A stretch of 64,000 nt of DNA from a virus (lineage: Duplodnaviria; Caudoviricetes): the IMG/VR virus record IMGVR_UViG_3300033066_001617, positions 4,145 through 68,144 of that record; one strand, written 5' to 3'. The position numbers and the translations under genes were made by a program. Below, one piece after another: positions 43,922 to 54,373 of the stretch (position 1 is the stretch's first letter; each line of letters begins with the position of its first letter). The notes below the pieces were generated by a model. The model was not told where the DNA came from and ran no database searches. It worked only from the letters and a program-made list of their open reading frames with translations.

Positions 43922-44677
43922 TCAGATCTGAGAATACTTCCAGAAGAACTCGTCCGTGTCTTCCGGGTTCATCTCATTGTTCATAGCGATAAGAGACGTG
44001 AGGGCATCGTCACGAATGGCACGGGACATCGTGGCCCACGTGATCTTTGCCAGAGGAATCTGCTCGGGCGGCAGCAGGTCGAAAGCCTTCTGGATTGCTG
44101 CAGGAACGGTTCGGACCGTGGCCGCCGCAAGAGCCTCCTCTTCCGTGATCTTCCCTTCGGACAGGAGACCCCAGAGAAGCTGACGGAAAGTGAGATCAGG
44201 GACCGGCACAGGTTCCGGCGGAGGAATGTCTTGCAGAATGTGAACTTGCGTCGGGACGCCGTCCACTTCGTCGATCACCCAGCCAGTGGAAATCTTTCCA
44301 GAAGGAACAGCGATCTCGACCACATGATATAGGCCGAGTTCGAGAAGTTCCTCAGGGCTGCGGGCGACGAGAGAATCCCAAGGATAGTTGATGACATCCT
44401 TCGCTGGGACCTGGCGCTCGACCATCTTGACATTGCCGTCCCTTGGACGTTGGTCGATTGCCTGCACGACACGAACCGTGCGGACGATTTCTCCATTGAC
44501 CAAGGTGAAGTCCGGGACTTCAACGTCTCTTGGAGTGCTGACCAATTCTGGATCGACGATGGTGCTGTCGATGATGGTGTACTCGATATCCACTTCCAGA
44601 TAGAACGTGGCCCCCTGCGTCAGAGCTGCATACGTTCCTTGATCGTTCTTCTTGGCGATGATCATTCTCAACTCCAT
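43922..44677 (-). CDS. tail fibre assembly-like protein
   Basis: Shares the segment 'EEL..G...V..V.VP.G....G..I' with 41056..41757. Confidence 0.55.
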   Translation of the reverse strand: MELRMIIAKKNDQGTYAALTQGATFYLEVDIEYTIIDSTIVDPELVSTPRDVEVPDFTLVNGEIVRTVRVVQAIDQRPRDGNVKMVERQVPAKDVINYPWDSLVARSPEELLELGLYHVVEIAVPSGKISTGWVIDEVDGVPTQVHILQDIPPPEPVPVPDLTFRQLLWGLLSEGKITEEEALAAATVRTVPAAIQKAFDLLPPEQIPLAKITWATMSRAIRDDALTSLIAMNNEMNPEDTDEFFWKYSQI

Positions 44678-45486
44678 GCGAAATCAGCTTGACCACGTTG
44701 TCCGTCACCGGCACTGGTCGTTGAGCTATCACCAGAAGCATTGCCACCAATGGTCACGGTGATAGAGGCGCCCACGACAAGGCCAGACGTAACGGTCTTT
44801 TTAGAATAGCCCCCTGAACCGCCTCCGCCGCCAGAAGTGCCTCCGCTGATGGTAGCATGAGCTCCACCACCGCCTCCGCCAGGAGGACTTCCGTCATTAC
44901 CATTGCTAAGTCCGCTGACAGCCGCTCCGCCGGCGCCACCGCCTCCTGGAGCATCACCGCCCTTTCCGCTGTTCGTAGAGTTTCCGGTTGTGCCGGCTCC
45001 GCCTGTTGTGTTCGTATCGCCGCCAGTTGCCGATCCGCCAGCCCCACCGGCACCGTCACCGCCGCTGATACCACGGGCACCACGACTTCCGCCGTTGGCA
45101 GTCATGGTCACATCAGAGGCGGCTATCGAAGAGGCGTTTCCGTTGCTGGCATTCGTTGATCCACTACCGCCGGTCGCTCCGCCACCGGCTCCTCCACCCC
45201 ATACTTCACGGACATAAGTTCCGTAGGGCTGGACTGTGTGGGATCCGCTCGATGTGAAAGACTGAGATCCTGGGACGACTGTCTTTCCACCCAGAAAGAG
45301 TGGAAGACCGCCGAAGCCCAGCATCGCAACGACATTCTCGAGATCCAGTGTCGGATCGTAACATTCGAGTTCGCCAGAAAGCAGACGAGCCTTCAGGAGC
45401 GGCCAGTTCACACGGCGCGTGTCTGGGCGAACCTCAAAGCCCAGGAGGTCTGGAAGAATAAGGCGGGATTTAGATACGAAGCTCAC
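44668..45486 (-). CDS. glycine-rich tail-associated protein
   Basis: Repeated GGxGGxG tracts; WGGGAGGG. Confidence 0.65.
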   Translation of the reverse strand: MSFVSKSRLILPDLLGFEVRPDTRRVNWPLLKARLLSGELECYDPTLDLENVVAMLGFGGLPLFLGGKTVVPGSQSFTSSGSHTVQPYGTYVREVWGGGAGGGATGGSGSTNASNGNASSIAASDVTMTANGGSRGARGISGGDGAGGAGGSATGGDTNTTGGAGTTGNSTNSGKGGDAPGGGGAGGAAVSGLSNGNDGSPPGGGGGGAHATISGGTSGGGGGSGGYSKKTVTSGLVVGASITVTIGGNASGDSSTTSAGDGQRGQADFAWS

Positions 45487-48400
45487 GCGAAAGCCTTGTG
45501 CAGGAAGGCACGGATCGTGCCGTTGGCCTGGACCTCACCAACGATGACGTCAACCGCACCGATTGCTGTGCTGAGGGTCGGTGCACCTCCGGGGAACTTC
45601 CAAGCCGAACCGTAAGCCAGCGTTCGTCCACCAGTGCCATCCTGAGTGATCACGATGAGCACGTTCTGCCCAGCACGCTGATTGCTCGGGTTCGCAAGAG
45701 TACGGTGGCCGCCGATGGTCCAGGTGAAACGACGGGCGCTGTTAAGGTTCGGAGTGACGGTGGCCGCATCGGTCAACGTAGAGTAGGCAAGAGCCGACTC
45801 CACATTGTCCATGGACATGACGTTGGCGGTACCAGAAAGAAGGTCCGAAGTCGACGCCTTGTTGAGAGCGTAGGCATCACCCATCGCCAAGACGGTACGA
45901 ACCTGGGAAGCTGTCAGGTCGGCGGGATCCGCTGTGCCACCTGTGTTGTTTCCCTTGATAGTCATCGTCGCCATATTGGCGAGCTTGGTATTGCCGACGG
46001 CATCCGCAGCGATAGTGGTCGCGAGCGCACCGGCAACACTGGTGACATCACCAGTCATAGCAGGGAATTGCCCAGCCGCTAGAGTTCCGCTGAGCTGAGA
46101 TGTCGCAACAGGAATACCGGAAATCGGCGCTTTCTTCGCCGCGCTGGCAACAGAGTCCCAAATGAGGAAAGAGTCCGCACCAATCGGGGAGGCTTTGTTC
46201 GTCAGTACGTTGACAGCGTCGTAGAAGACCTGGACCGTGACCTTGACGTGCCCAGAGGCGGAGACATCGTTGAGGGCAACCAGATCGCCAACAGCGATGT
46301 TGCCTGTCGTGAGGGCCGAAAGTCCAGCCCAGTCCAGCGCGACCGAAGGGTTGCCGCTGGCGCCGGTCGCATTGGACCAGGTCAGGCCAGCGGAGGCTGC
46401 CAGAGTACGAATGACTGCATCGTTCGCGGCGGAGACGGCAAGGACACCTCCTGTGCCGGCGGTCAGTAGAGTTGCGAGATCCTTCAGTCCCGCGCTGGGA
46501 ATGGAGAAATCTTTGAGGAGCTTGCCTGTCACGCCATCAAAGACAGCGATGTTTCCGTCTGTGGCGCCAGTGGGACCGACGACATCGCCGGTACCGGCAC
46601 CGGCGACAGTCAGCGTATCGCCGCCTGTGATCGACAGACCGGAACCAATGTTCAGATCTTTGAAGACACCGGCACTATCATCCCAGAAGACGATACGGTC
46701 TGCGCCAGTTGTGATCGCCAATGCTGCAAGAGTACGGCCAGCAGAGGTCGTGCTGAACTTGGTAAAGGCTCCCGGACCCGTCGCGTATGGAACGTCGCCG
46801 GCCGCATAGGTGACCCCGCCGATTGCCTGGAGATCGGCATCATAGGCGAGTACGTCGGTGCCAATGACGGCTCCGATATAGGTCCGGAAAGCGGAACCAT
46901 CGGCAAGGTTCCAAGCGCCTCGACCGAACGAAGTCGACGAGGCTTTCGAGAAGGTGTTCGATCCTGTGGAATATGGAACTTCGCCAGAGGCAAAAGTCAG
47001 CCCAGCGATGGACTCGATGTCTGCATCGTAGGTGGCGATACGAGTCCACGAACCCCAAGTGCCGCCGGTCTTCGTACGAGTCCAGCGTGTTGCGTCGGTC
47101 GTCTTGATTGCATATTGAGAAGAAGAATTGCTGTCGACGAAAATGTGCTGGACGGTAAAGAGTCCCGTTGTGCCATCAGGCGAATTCGTCAGAGTCGTAC
47201 CACGATACTGACCTGTGACGACGATGCTATTGAGATCGGTGCTGCTGACATCAATGCCAGAGCCATCTGCTGAAATGGTGGCACCACGAAGCCACGAAGT
47301 CCAGGTCGAAGAGACCTTGGAACGGAAATACATCATCGAGGGATTCGTCGTCTTGATAGCGAACATGCTACCATTCGTCGAATTCACTCGAATATACCAG
47401 ATAACGAATTGTCCGGTTGTACCATCCGGAGAGTTCGTTAGCGATGTGCCCTGGAAGAAACCTGATGTCGTAATGTTATCAAGATCGGTACTCGTGACAG
47501 AAATACCGGCCTCGGCAGCATCAGCAAGATTGCTGGACATTCTCCACGAGAGCCAGCTTCCGCCGGTCTGGGAGCGAACATACATCAGACGAGAGGCAAT
47601 GGAGATCGCAATCTGAGTTCGATTATTGGCGTCAATTTTCTGGTTGATAATGATGAAAGAACCAGAACCACTATTCGGCGCGTTGGTCAGAGTCGCGCCG
47701 TAGTACATTCCGCTATAGTCGAGACTATCGAGATTGGTGCTCGTGATATCGGCGTTGACGCCAAGGCCCAGACGACCCAGCGGCATCAGGTCAAGGAAAG
47801 TCTGATAAGTCGCCTTCGCATTGGCGTTGGAATTGCTGATGTCAACAAACGGAAGGAAATCGCCCAAAGCGGGAGCGACCGTCGAGAGACCGGAAAGAGG
47901 ATAGGAGGCTGCGACTACGCCTGTGAGCGCAGAGCCGTCCCCAGAGAACGAGGTAGCAGCAACAGACCCAGAGAATGTCGCGGCTGTCGCTGTGAAGGTG
48001 AAAGCGGTTGTGCCAGAGTATCCATTGACCTTGAAAGTGAACTTGTATCCGGTAGGGACATCCAGCACCATTTCATCGGAAGTGATACCGATGCCGAAAT
48101 TGGTGCCGAATGCGAGCTTCTGCTCGAGTGTTGTGCTGAACTTGAGCGGCTCTGTGCCGGCGGCAATGCCGATACCGATATGCGGAACACGGAGGTCTCC
48201 GGACATCGTTCCGCCGGCAAGCGGAAGACCTCCCAGCTTCGTCAGGATGGCGCTGGCGCCAGCCGTGTTGATGTGAGTCGCGAGAATAGACTCAGCAGAC
48301 GGAGCGTTGGCGACAGTGGTAAATGTGACTCCGGCCGTATCGAGAGTACCAATCAGAGCCCAAGTGACTCCGGTGTACATCCAAAGATCAAGTGTGGTAT

Positions 48401-48566
48401 CAGCATCATCCTGAAGCCAAAGCGTGCCCTTCGTGGGTGACTGAGGGGCTGAAGAATTTCGGTTGCACTGGCGGAGATCGATCAAGAACCCGTTAAGGCT
48501 CATGACCATCGTGGTACCAGCAAGGATACCAGTAGTCGGAAATTGGGGATTCGGTGAAGAAGCCAT
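45483..48566 (-). CDS. long tail fibre protein 1 (three pyocin-knob-like repeats)
   Basis: Three STxLD/N...G.Y.G..LTN.P...F...W..W repeats; C-terminal ITQDGTGGRTLAY. Confidence 0.75.
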   Translation of the reverse strand: MASSPNPQFPTTGILAGTTMVMSLNGFLIDLRQCNRNSSAPQSPTKGTLWLQDDADTTLDLWMYTGVTWALIGTLDTAGVTFTTVANAPSAESILATHINTAGASAILTKLGGLPLAGGTMSGDLRVPHIGIGIAAGTEPLKFSTTLEQKLAFGTNFGIGITSDEMVLDVPTGYKFTFKVNGYSGTTAFTFTATAATFSGSVAATSFSGDGSALTGVVAASYPLSGLSTVAPALGDFLPFVDISNSNANAKATYQTFLDLMPLGRLGLGVNADITSTNLDSLDYSGMYYGATLTNAPNSGSGSFIIINQKIDANNRTQIAISIASRLMYVRSQTGGSWLSWRMSSNLADAAEAGISVTSTDLDNITTSGFFQGTSLTNSPDGTTGQFVIWYIRVNSTNGSMFAIKTTNPSMMYFRSKVSSTWTSWLRGATISADGSGIDVSSTDLNSIVVTGQYRGTTLTNSPDGTTGLFTVQHIFVDSNSSSQYAIKTTDATRWTRTKTGGTWGSWTRIATYDADIESIAGLTFASGEVPYSTGSNTFSKASSTSFGRGAWNLADGSAFRTYIGAVIGTDVLAYDADLQAIGGVTYAAGDVPYATGPGAFTKFSTTSAGRTLAALAITTGADRIVFWDDSAGVFKDLNIGSGLSITGGDTLTVAGAGTGDVVGPTGATDGNIAVFDGVTGKLLKDFSIPSAGLKDLATLLTAGTGGVLAVSAANDAVIRTLAASAGLTWSNATGASGNPSVALDWAGLSALTTGNIAVGDLVALNDVSASGHVKVTVQVFYDAVNVLTNKASPIGADSFLIWDSVASAAKKAPISGIPVATSQLSGTLAAGQFPAMTGDVTSVAGALATTIAADAVGNTKLANMATMTIKGNNTGGTADPADLTASQVRTVLAMGDAYALNKASTSDLLSGTANVMSMDNVESALAYSTLTDAATVTPNLNSARRFTWTIGGHRTLANPSNQRAGQNVLIVITQDGTGGRTLAYGSAWKFPGGAPTLSTAIGAVDVIVGEVQANGTIRAFLHKAFA

Positions 48567-48575
48567 CTACATCCC

Positions 48576-51500
48576 CTATCTCTCGTAGCCCCAGCCCTGA
48601 GCAGCGTAATTCATAGTCCGAGTGACAGCAGTTCCTCCGCTATTGCGGAAGATGATGTCGTACCCAAAACGGGTCTCGTTTGTGATCACGACCTTGTCAC
48701 CCGTCAGCATATCTTTCGCCGTCACGTTAAGAGTTGGGACGACATAGAAGGCTGGATCATAGGTGATGGAAAGACCCCCGGTCCCCACCGTGATATCGTA
48801 TTCCGCCTGGAACCGGTCAGGCATGTCTACGGTAACACGGAGTAAGGTTACAACAGGAGTCTTGCCTTGACTATAAGAAAAGAATAGGAGACGCCACTGA
48901 GCCGCTCTAAACGTGTAATCACCAATATAGAAATCTTCCCAGTCAGTCCAGGTCGGGCTGAGATCAGGATCGTCAGTTGTCGTGCGAATCTGCAGTGTGA
49001 GTGCAACGTCACTCGCACCACTGGCAAGGAAATCGGCAACAGTGAAGACATCTTCAATCACAAAGATATCATCGTTAAGATTCTGGATGACGGCGTTGAT
49101 ACGAGCAGTCACACGACTTGTGTAAACCTGCCCGAGATCAATTCCATCATTGAAAGTGTAGGAGCCTTCACGGAACACATCCGTTCCATCTGCAATGACA
49201 TTTTCTACCTCGAGTACGTTATCGAACTCAAGGAAATTCACATTCTGAGAAAGACGAATGCCATCGAATAGAGGATCATACTCCATGTTGTTCATGACGC
49301 CGTCGAAACCAGGATCTTCCTGGATCTCTTCAACGAAATTCAAATTGACAGAGTTGTCACCGATAAGAACAATACGAGCTTCATGAACTGACTCGATGCC
49401 AACTTCTGTAACGGCCTTGATCATATACGTGCCCACCCTGGGCGACGTCTGGGCAGTCTCCAGTTCCTTGGGCACGGTCGGCACGATATCGATCGCCGAC
49501 TCCCAGATGGCGGTCTCAGTGTCCTGGGAATAACGAATACGATAGCGTTGAATATGAGGCGTAAGGAGACGATCCCAGGTGAAAGTGCCCAGGTCCCCAA
49601 CAGAAGTCAGTTTGAAGTTCTGTACGTCAGGCGGCGGCTGATAGATACCCAGCAGATTGAAGGTTCCGTAGAGCCACTCGGACTTTCCGGAAATGTAGGA
49701 CGTGGAACGGACACGGAACTGCCAGACTCCAGGCAGCGTATTTTTCAGCTGAGCCGGCGTCCCCTGATACTTCTTGTCCGGAGTCCAATCGAGAGTATTC
49801 GGATTCTTATACTCAAATTCGTAGGTGGAGATGCGCCCGTCCAGAGGCGGCCTCCAGGAGATATACGCACCAGAGAGGGCAGTCACGCTGCCCTCATCTG
49901 TGAACATATATTCCTGAACAGTCATCAAAGTCGGGGCTGGAAGAACACCAGTATCGTAGCTCGTGTACGGGTCCGGAGTCGGATCAGTGCCTAGTTCGAC
50001 ACGCTCAAATTTGGTTGGATCGAATTGCACAAGAGAATATTGGACAACGGCCGGCGCGACCTCTTGAACCGAAACAACCCGATAGGGTTTCGGCACCAGG
50101 GCACTGGAGATAATGACCCAGATAGAGTTGATGATTGGGAGATCGACCAATGCCTCGGTCAACTCCACGGACATGGCCGGTCCCGTAGGCTGGATGATCT
50201 CTTTCTCAATAATAGTAAGATCGGGAAGCGTTAGCTGGATGCGGTATTCTTCATCAGTGCTGAATTCGATGGTCTTGTCGAGATTGATGACCGTGTCAGT
50301 CAGCGATTGCATTCGCCCAGACATGATACGGCCAGACTGCTTCGGATCTGCAATCGAGACGATCATACCGGGCATGACGCCCATTTGCTGACGGAAGATA
50401 TGATCCAACGAAGCCCGATAGGTACAGGTTCGAGATTCCTCTCTTTCTGTCTCGATCACCCACTTGGCAAAAGACAGTGCCTCTGCACGAACCGTGCAGT
50501 ACGGCATACCCATATCCAAATTCTTGATGCCGAATTTGATCTGGTCACGACCATCGTCATAGGAAACGATACGACGATCATAGAATTCGTCGGGTTCGAT
50601 ATAGGCCACGTTCACCTGATTATGACGTGCCTTGATGGAGGTCGTCGAATATTCAAATTTCCCGTCAATCACATTCTGAGGTGTGACGAGAATTTCAGGA
50701 TCTTTGGGTCTATCCTGGGCAACTTGAATTTGACCACCAGCCCAGAAGATCATCGACCTGAAAGTCGAAGCCATTTCTGCCAGGACAGTAGCAGAAGCAT
50801 CCGAGCTGGTCAGCACGCCATTGAAAGTGAACCGTGAACGGAAGCCGCCACGGCCATCAGGCACCAATTCATCGCAGTAGCGGGCCGCTTCGTAGAGAAC
50901 CCACTTGTTGACACTGGCGTCGCCCAGGAATTCACCGAGACCGTAAATACGGTCGGTGATCATATCGTAGAAAATCCATGGTGGGCAGTCTGTCCATTCT
51001 TCTATGAACGTGCCGTCCCAGACTCCATCATAGGTCTTGGTGTATGGATCGTAATTGCTGGGAACGCGAATGATGCGCCCGTAGATTTCAAACTTGCGAG
51101 TCGGAACGTTTCCGCCGAAACCCTTCGCATCGCCAATCGTCCGGAAGTATGCAACCCCCGGATACATGAACGATCCTTCAATGATCGTCGTGTAATCGGC
51201 CCATTGGAAGGCGTTGACGTGGAAGGAGCTGTGGCTGTCAGGGATAAGACGGGAGACCTTGATATTCCAAGGTCCGGTAGTTCCCTTCAGATCGATCTCG
51301 TAGGAGATTTCGTAAGGAGAGGTACATTTTCCACGAATGTAATCGACGAGAGCGTTGCGATAAACATTGTCATCCGCGGCAACGTCAATTCCCCAGACGA
51401 CCCAATTCGGCTTGATGTCTCCTGTTTCATCATCGGTATGAGCAAGGACCGGGATACGCATTGTGACACGAACCGAGGTCGCATCGGTGTCGACCACCGT

Positions 51501-51842
51501 ACGAACAATCGGCGTATCATAAACGATGTCTGCGTTTACACCTTCGAGACTTTCTGCAGCAGAGTACGTGTCCAAAGGATCTTGGTCCATTTCACCAAGA
51601 GCCCAGTCCACATATGTCCGCTGAAAGTTCTTCGTGCCATCGTCATTTTCAAATTGAGTATCTTCGAAATATACAGACTTCAGTCCATTGACCAGACCCT
51701 TGATCGGCCCAGCAGAAACGGCATCCAGAATGACGGCAGTGGAATTAGAACGAAGAGTGTTCGGCGCTTCTGTCGGCGCACGAGCTGTCGCTCCCCCACC
51801 ACCGGAGCCCTGAATGTCTTCTCTGAAGAGCTGTCTGGTCAT
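48576..51842 (-). CDS. central tail fibre / tip attachment protein (lambda gpJ-like)
   Basis: LDAVSAGPIKGL, YPGVAY, WTDCPPWIFYD, RFTFNG, fibronectin III-like segment. Confidence 0.9.
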   Translation of the reverse strand: MTRQLFREDIQGSGGGGATARAPTEAPNTLRSNSTAVILDAVSAGPIKGLVNGLKSVYFEDTQFENDDGTKNFQRTYVDWALGEMDQDPLDTYSAAESLEGVNADIVYDTPIVRTVVDTDATSVRVTMRIPVLAHTDDETGDIKPNWVVWGIDVAADDNVYRNALVDYIRGKCTSPYEISYEIDLKGTTGPWNIKVSRLIPDSHSSFHVNAFQWADYTTIIEGSFMYPGVAYFRTIGDAKGFGGNVPTRKFEIYGRIIRVPSNYDPYTKTYDGVWDGTFIEEWTDCPPWIFYDMITDRIYGLGEFLGDASVNKWVLYEAARYCDELVPDGRGGFRSRFTFNGVLTSSDASATVLAEMASTFRSMIFWAGGQIQVAQDRPKDPEILVTPQNVIDGKFEYSTTSIKARHNQVNVAYIEPDEFYDRRIVSYDDGRDQIKFGIKNLDMGMPYCTVRAEALSFAKWVIETEREESRTCTYRASLDHIFRQQMGVMPGMIVSIADPKQSGRIMSGRMQSLTDTVINLDKTIEFSTDEEYRIQLTLPDLTIIEKEIIQPTGPAMSVELTEALVDLPIINSIWVIISSALVPKPYRVVSVQEVAPAVVQYSLVQFDPTKFERVELGTDPTPDPYTSYDTGVLPAPTLMTVQEYMFTDEGSVTALSGAYISWRPPLDGRISTYEFEYKNPNTLDWTPDKKYQGTPAQLKNTLPGVWQFRVRSTSYISGKSEWLYGTFNLLGIYQPPPDVQNFKLTSVGDLGTFTWDRLLTPHIQRYRIRYSQDTETAIWESAIDIVPTVPKELETAQTSPRVGTYMIKAVTEVGIESVHEARIVLIGDNSVNLNFVEEIQEDPGFDGVMNNMEYDPLFDGIRLSQNVNFLEFDNVLEVENVIADGTDVFREGSYTFNDGIDLGQVYTSRVTARINAVIQNLNDDIFVIEDVFTVADFLASGASDVALTLQIRTTTDDPDLSPTWTDWEDFYIGDYTFRAAQWRLLFFSYSQGKTPVVTLLRVTVDMPDRFQAEYDITVGTGGLSITYDPAFYVVPTLNVTAKDMLTGDKVVITNETRFGYDIIFRNSGGTAVTRTMNYAAQGWGYER

Positions 51843-52564
51843 GATCTATTGGGCCAACTCAGTAGATCTTGAGGAGTAGCATTGATGTCGGTATCGAATT
51901 GAGCTCCCTGACCGAACTTTACGAACTTTACGGCTTTGAAGCCGGTGGACATGATGACCGATCCCACAAGGATGCGACCATATGCAACAGGAAGAACAGA
52001 CCCCTCCTGAGAAGTATTGACCGGCCCGTTGAAAAGATAAGAGTCACGCTTGTCCGAAGGTGCAGCCGTATTCACGACTGGCGCCGGTGCGAGCATCTGG
52101 GCGATACCAGTCAGGAAAAGACTAACTCCTGTGGCGAGAATGTTGCCATAGGTGATCCCAAGGAAGCCCGTGCTCGTACCGAGAGCGGTGCTTAGTCCAG
52201 ACAGGCCGCCACCGGCTCCGATCACACCGGGTAGGGTAAAGGCGAGCGCTGTGACAATAAGGACGGCGCCCAGGATCATTTTGAGAATACCGCCGCGGCC
52301 GCCGGCTCCCGTCACATAGGGAACGATGTGGATATCCATGCATCGCTTACCCAGAGGGAGTTCCAGCGCCATCTTGCTGGCGATATTGTCGTCCTTCTTC
52401 TCACCGCGGTAGATGTGATATTGACCCTGCCGTATCTCCTGCTTGAAACCCTTGAAATTGACTCCAAGAGCGGCTACCGCTTCGATAGGTGTCTCCACAT
52501 CGAAACGATGCTTGCTACCGAACTTCAGAGCGAGGGCACCGTGAAGATGGACAGTTCGTATCAT
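51839..52564 (-). CDS. tail assembly protein (lambda gpI-like)
   Basis: RTVHLHGALA.KFG, IHIVP, SYLFNGPVNT, PVAYGRILVGS. Confidence 0.9.
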   Translation of the reverse strand: MIRTVHLHGALALKFGSKHRFDVETPIEAVAALGVNFKGFKQEIRQGQYHIYRGEKKDDNIASKMALELPLGKRCMDIHIVPYVTGAGGRGGILKMILGAVLIVTALAFTLPGVIGAGGGLSGLSTALGTSTGFLGITYGNILATGVSLFLTGIAQMLAPAPVVNTAAPSDKRDSYLFNGPVNTSQEGSVLPVAYGRILVGSVIMSTGFKAVKFVKFGQGAQFDTDINATPQDLLSWPNRS

Positions 52565-53292
52565 CCCCAGGTCCTCCTCACGGTCATCTTGCGAATACCA
52601 CGAAGGTACTCGATCAACACGCGTCCGGAGAGTTTGCCTTCGCGATGATGCATGACGATGTTGTTGCCGATATAGACACCGGCATGATTGACAACTGCCA
52701 AGTCCCGATCCTGCATAAGGATCACATCGCCGATCTCCGGATCTCCTGAAACCTGCTCAAAACCAGCCTTCTTGAAGCCGGTCATATACAGATTGTCATT
52801 TTCCTCCTTGGGTCGTTTCCACCAATAATCGTCTCTCGGAAATTCTGGAATGATAATGCCGCGGTTGATCTTGTACCAATCTTTGATCAGTGCATAGCAG
52901 TCACCACGTCCGTCGGTTCCAGAAGGCCCGTGACGAAACTCTCTATTGAGCAACGGAGGAGGATCCAGCATGTCTCCCCAATAGAACGGACCTTTGGTCG
53001 CTTCGCCACTGCACAGAATGATGCCCCAGGGAACACGAGTCTGGATCTGACCTTGCATGTCAGATTTTCCGGGGCCTTGGGAGTTCCACTTGTGACTGTG
53101 AACATAGGCGAGGATATTAGATTCGTGTGGAGAGATTTCTTCCCAGGAGATCTCGAAATGATCCTCGGGTTTCTCGGCCTTATTTCGGCATGGAATATAT
53201 CCATACGAAGTAATCAGTCCGCAGGACTCCTTCGGGAATTCCCGCATGGCATGCTTACGGATTTCTCTTTCAATCTCCTGTCCGAACATCAT
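52561..53292 (-). CDS. tail assembly protein (lambda gpK-like, JAB + NlpC/P60)
   Basis: HAMREFPKESCG, HSH...SD, DCYALIKDWY, HAGVYIG...HH. Confidence 0.9.
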   Translation of the reverse strand: MMFGQEIEREIRKHAMREFPKESCGLITSYGYIPCRNKAEKPEDHFEISWEEISPHESNILAYVHSHKWNSQGPGKSDMQGQIQTRVPWGIILCSGEATKGPFYWGDMLDPPPLLNREFRHGPSGTDGRGDCYALIKDWYKINRGIIIPEFPRDDYWWKRPKEENDNLYMTGFKKAGFEQVSGDPEIGDVILMQDRDLAVVNHAGVYIGNNIVMHHREGKLSGRVLIEYLRGIRKMTVRRTWG

Positions 53293-53984
53293 CCTGGCCT
53301 TTGGAGTCCTGGCATACCGCCGAAAATGATACGCTGAGTTCCGACACGTTTCTTGCACGAGCGAAGGCGTTTTGAGCAGACATCGCCTTCCGGACCAGTC
53401 GGATTGTCATTGATATCGAAGTAGAGACCTCCGGTATACTGACAGGTCACGTTCTCATAATTGAAATCACTACCGTCCCATTGACGATAGGTGAACGGGC
53501 AGAAATCTCGCCAGCATTTGCGACGCGGCAAAGTCACGCCCATCTGTTCTGCTGGAGACGTCAGTTCCCAGGTGATTGCCCCCACCGGCCATTCAGAGAT
53601 ACGATCCATGATAAAGATGTCAGGAGCCGTGACCTGGGTCGGATCGGCATCGGACTGGCCATCGAGATATCTAACATGTGTACGACGACGAATGAATGTC
53701 GATCCAGTCAGATCACTATACTGATTGGCGAGGGCTGTGAATTCCTGATACTTATCGGCGATGGTCACTCTGGGAATCGGAGCCTTACCGGCGCCGTTCC
53801 ATTCCCAGCCCTCTCCTTTGATCGGGAGGCTGATGTATTCATTGCCATCGAAGAAAATGTTGTCGCCGTCTAGACTGGAGTTCGTGATGTAGTAGATATC
53901 CGCACCCAGCGAGGTGGCATCGACGATAAAGAGTTCGACGAATTCGTCTGTAGATTCCTTTTGGCTGAGTTCTCTAATTAGCAA
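53289..53984 (-). CDS. minor tail protein (lambda gpL-like); TTG start at 53984, or ATG at 54038 created by the duplication
   Basis: VELFIVD, Y..LPI..EG.E, WEL.SP, C-terminal Cys cluster C...C...C.K....C..R. Confidence 0.85.
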   Translation of the reverse strand: MLIRELSQKESTDEFVELFIVDATSLGADIYYITNSSLDGDNIFFDGNEYISLPIKGEGWEWNGAGKAPIPRVTIADKYQEFTALANQYSDLTGSTFIRRRTHVRYLDGQSDADPTQVTAPDIFIMDRISEWPVGAITWELTSPAEQMGVTLPRRKCWRDFCPFTYRQWDGSDFNYENVTCQYTGGLYFDINDNPTGPEGDVCSKRLRSCKKRVGTQRIIFGGMPGLQRPG

Positions 53985-53990
53985 GATCGA

Positions 53991-54082
53991 ATACCTCTTT
54001 GAAGACAGCCGAGCACGTGATATAGGTGGCGTGCTCATACCTCTTTGAAGACAGCCGAGCACGTGATATAGGTGGCGTGCTC
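53991..54082. repeat. perfect 46-bp tandem duplication
   Basis: ATACCTCTTTGAAGACAGCCGAGCACGTGATATAGGTGGCGTGCTC at 53991-54036 and at 54037-54082. Confidence 0.95.
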
Positions 54083-54373
54083 ATAGCCTTTGCGGAAGGA
54101 CTGGCAGATCCACTTACGAGGTTCGTTATCCTCCGGCAATTGGTAGTAGAAAGCCTCGGCTCCCATTTTCCCCTTGAGGAAATTCTTGATCACAACATAT
54201 TCTTCAAACGTGAGAAGATCCCAAGTGAGATTCTCCGTATCGTCCATGTTGTTCGTACCCAGAGGGATTCTCTGAGACGAATCTTCAAATTGATTGGTCT
54301 GAACCCGGAACGAATAGTCAGCGGAGCTGCCGACAGTCGGATTCCGAGGAGGAGTGAAAGTGTCGAGAGCCAT
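54035..54373 (-). CDS. minor tail protein (lambda gpM-like)
   Basis: F.DSSQR...G.N, FL..KMGAEAFYY.LP, W.C, AVFKEV. Confidence 0.85.
   Translation of the reverse strand: MALDTFTPPRNPTVGSSADYSFRVQTNQFEDSSQRIPLGTNNMDDTENLTWDLLTFEEYVVIKNFLKGKMGAEAFYYQLPEDNEPRKWICQSFRKGYEHATYITCSAVFKEV

Noticed and set aside
43411-47720. Possible diversity-generating retroelement template/variable repeats in the fibre genes
   Set aside because: The matches are short (24 bp or less exact), the differences are not adenine-specific, and no reverse transcriptase is present.
53991-54082. Mini-CRISPR array
   Set aside because: The two copies are directly adjacent with no spacer, and there are no cas genes.
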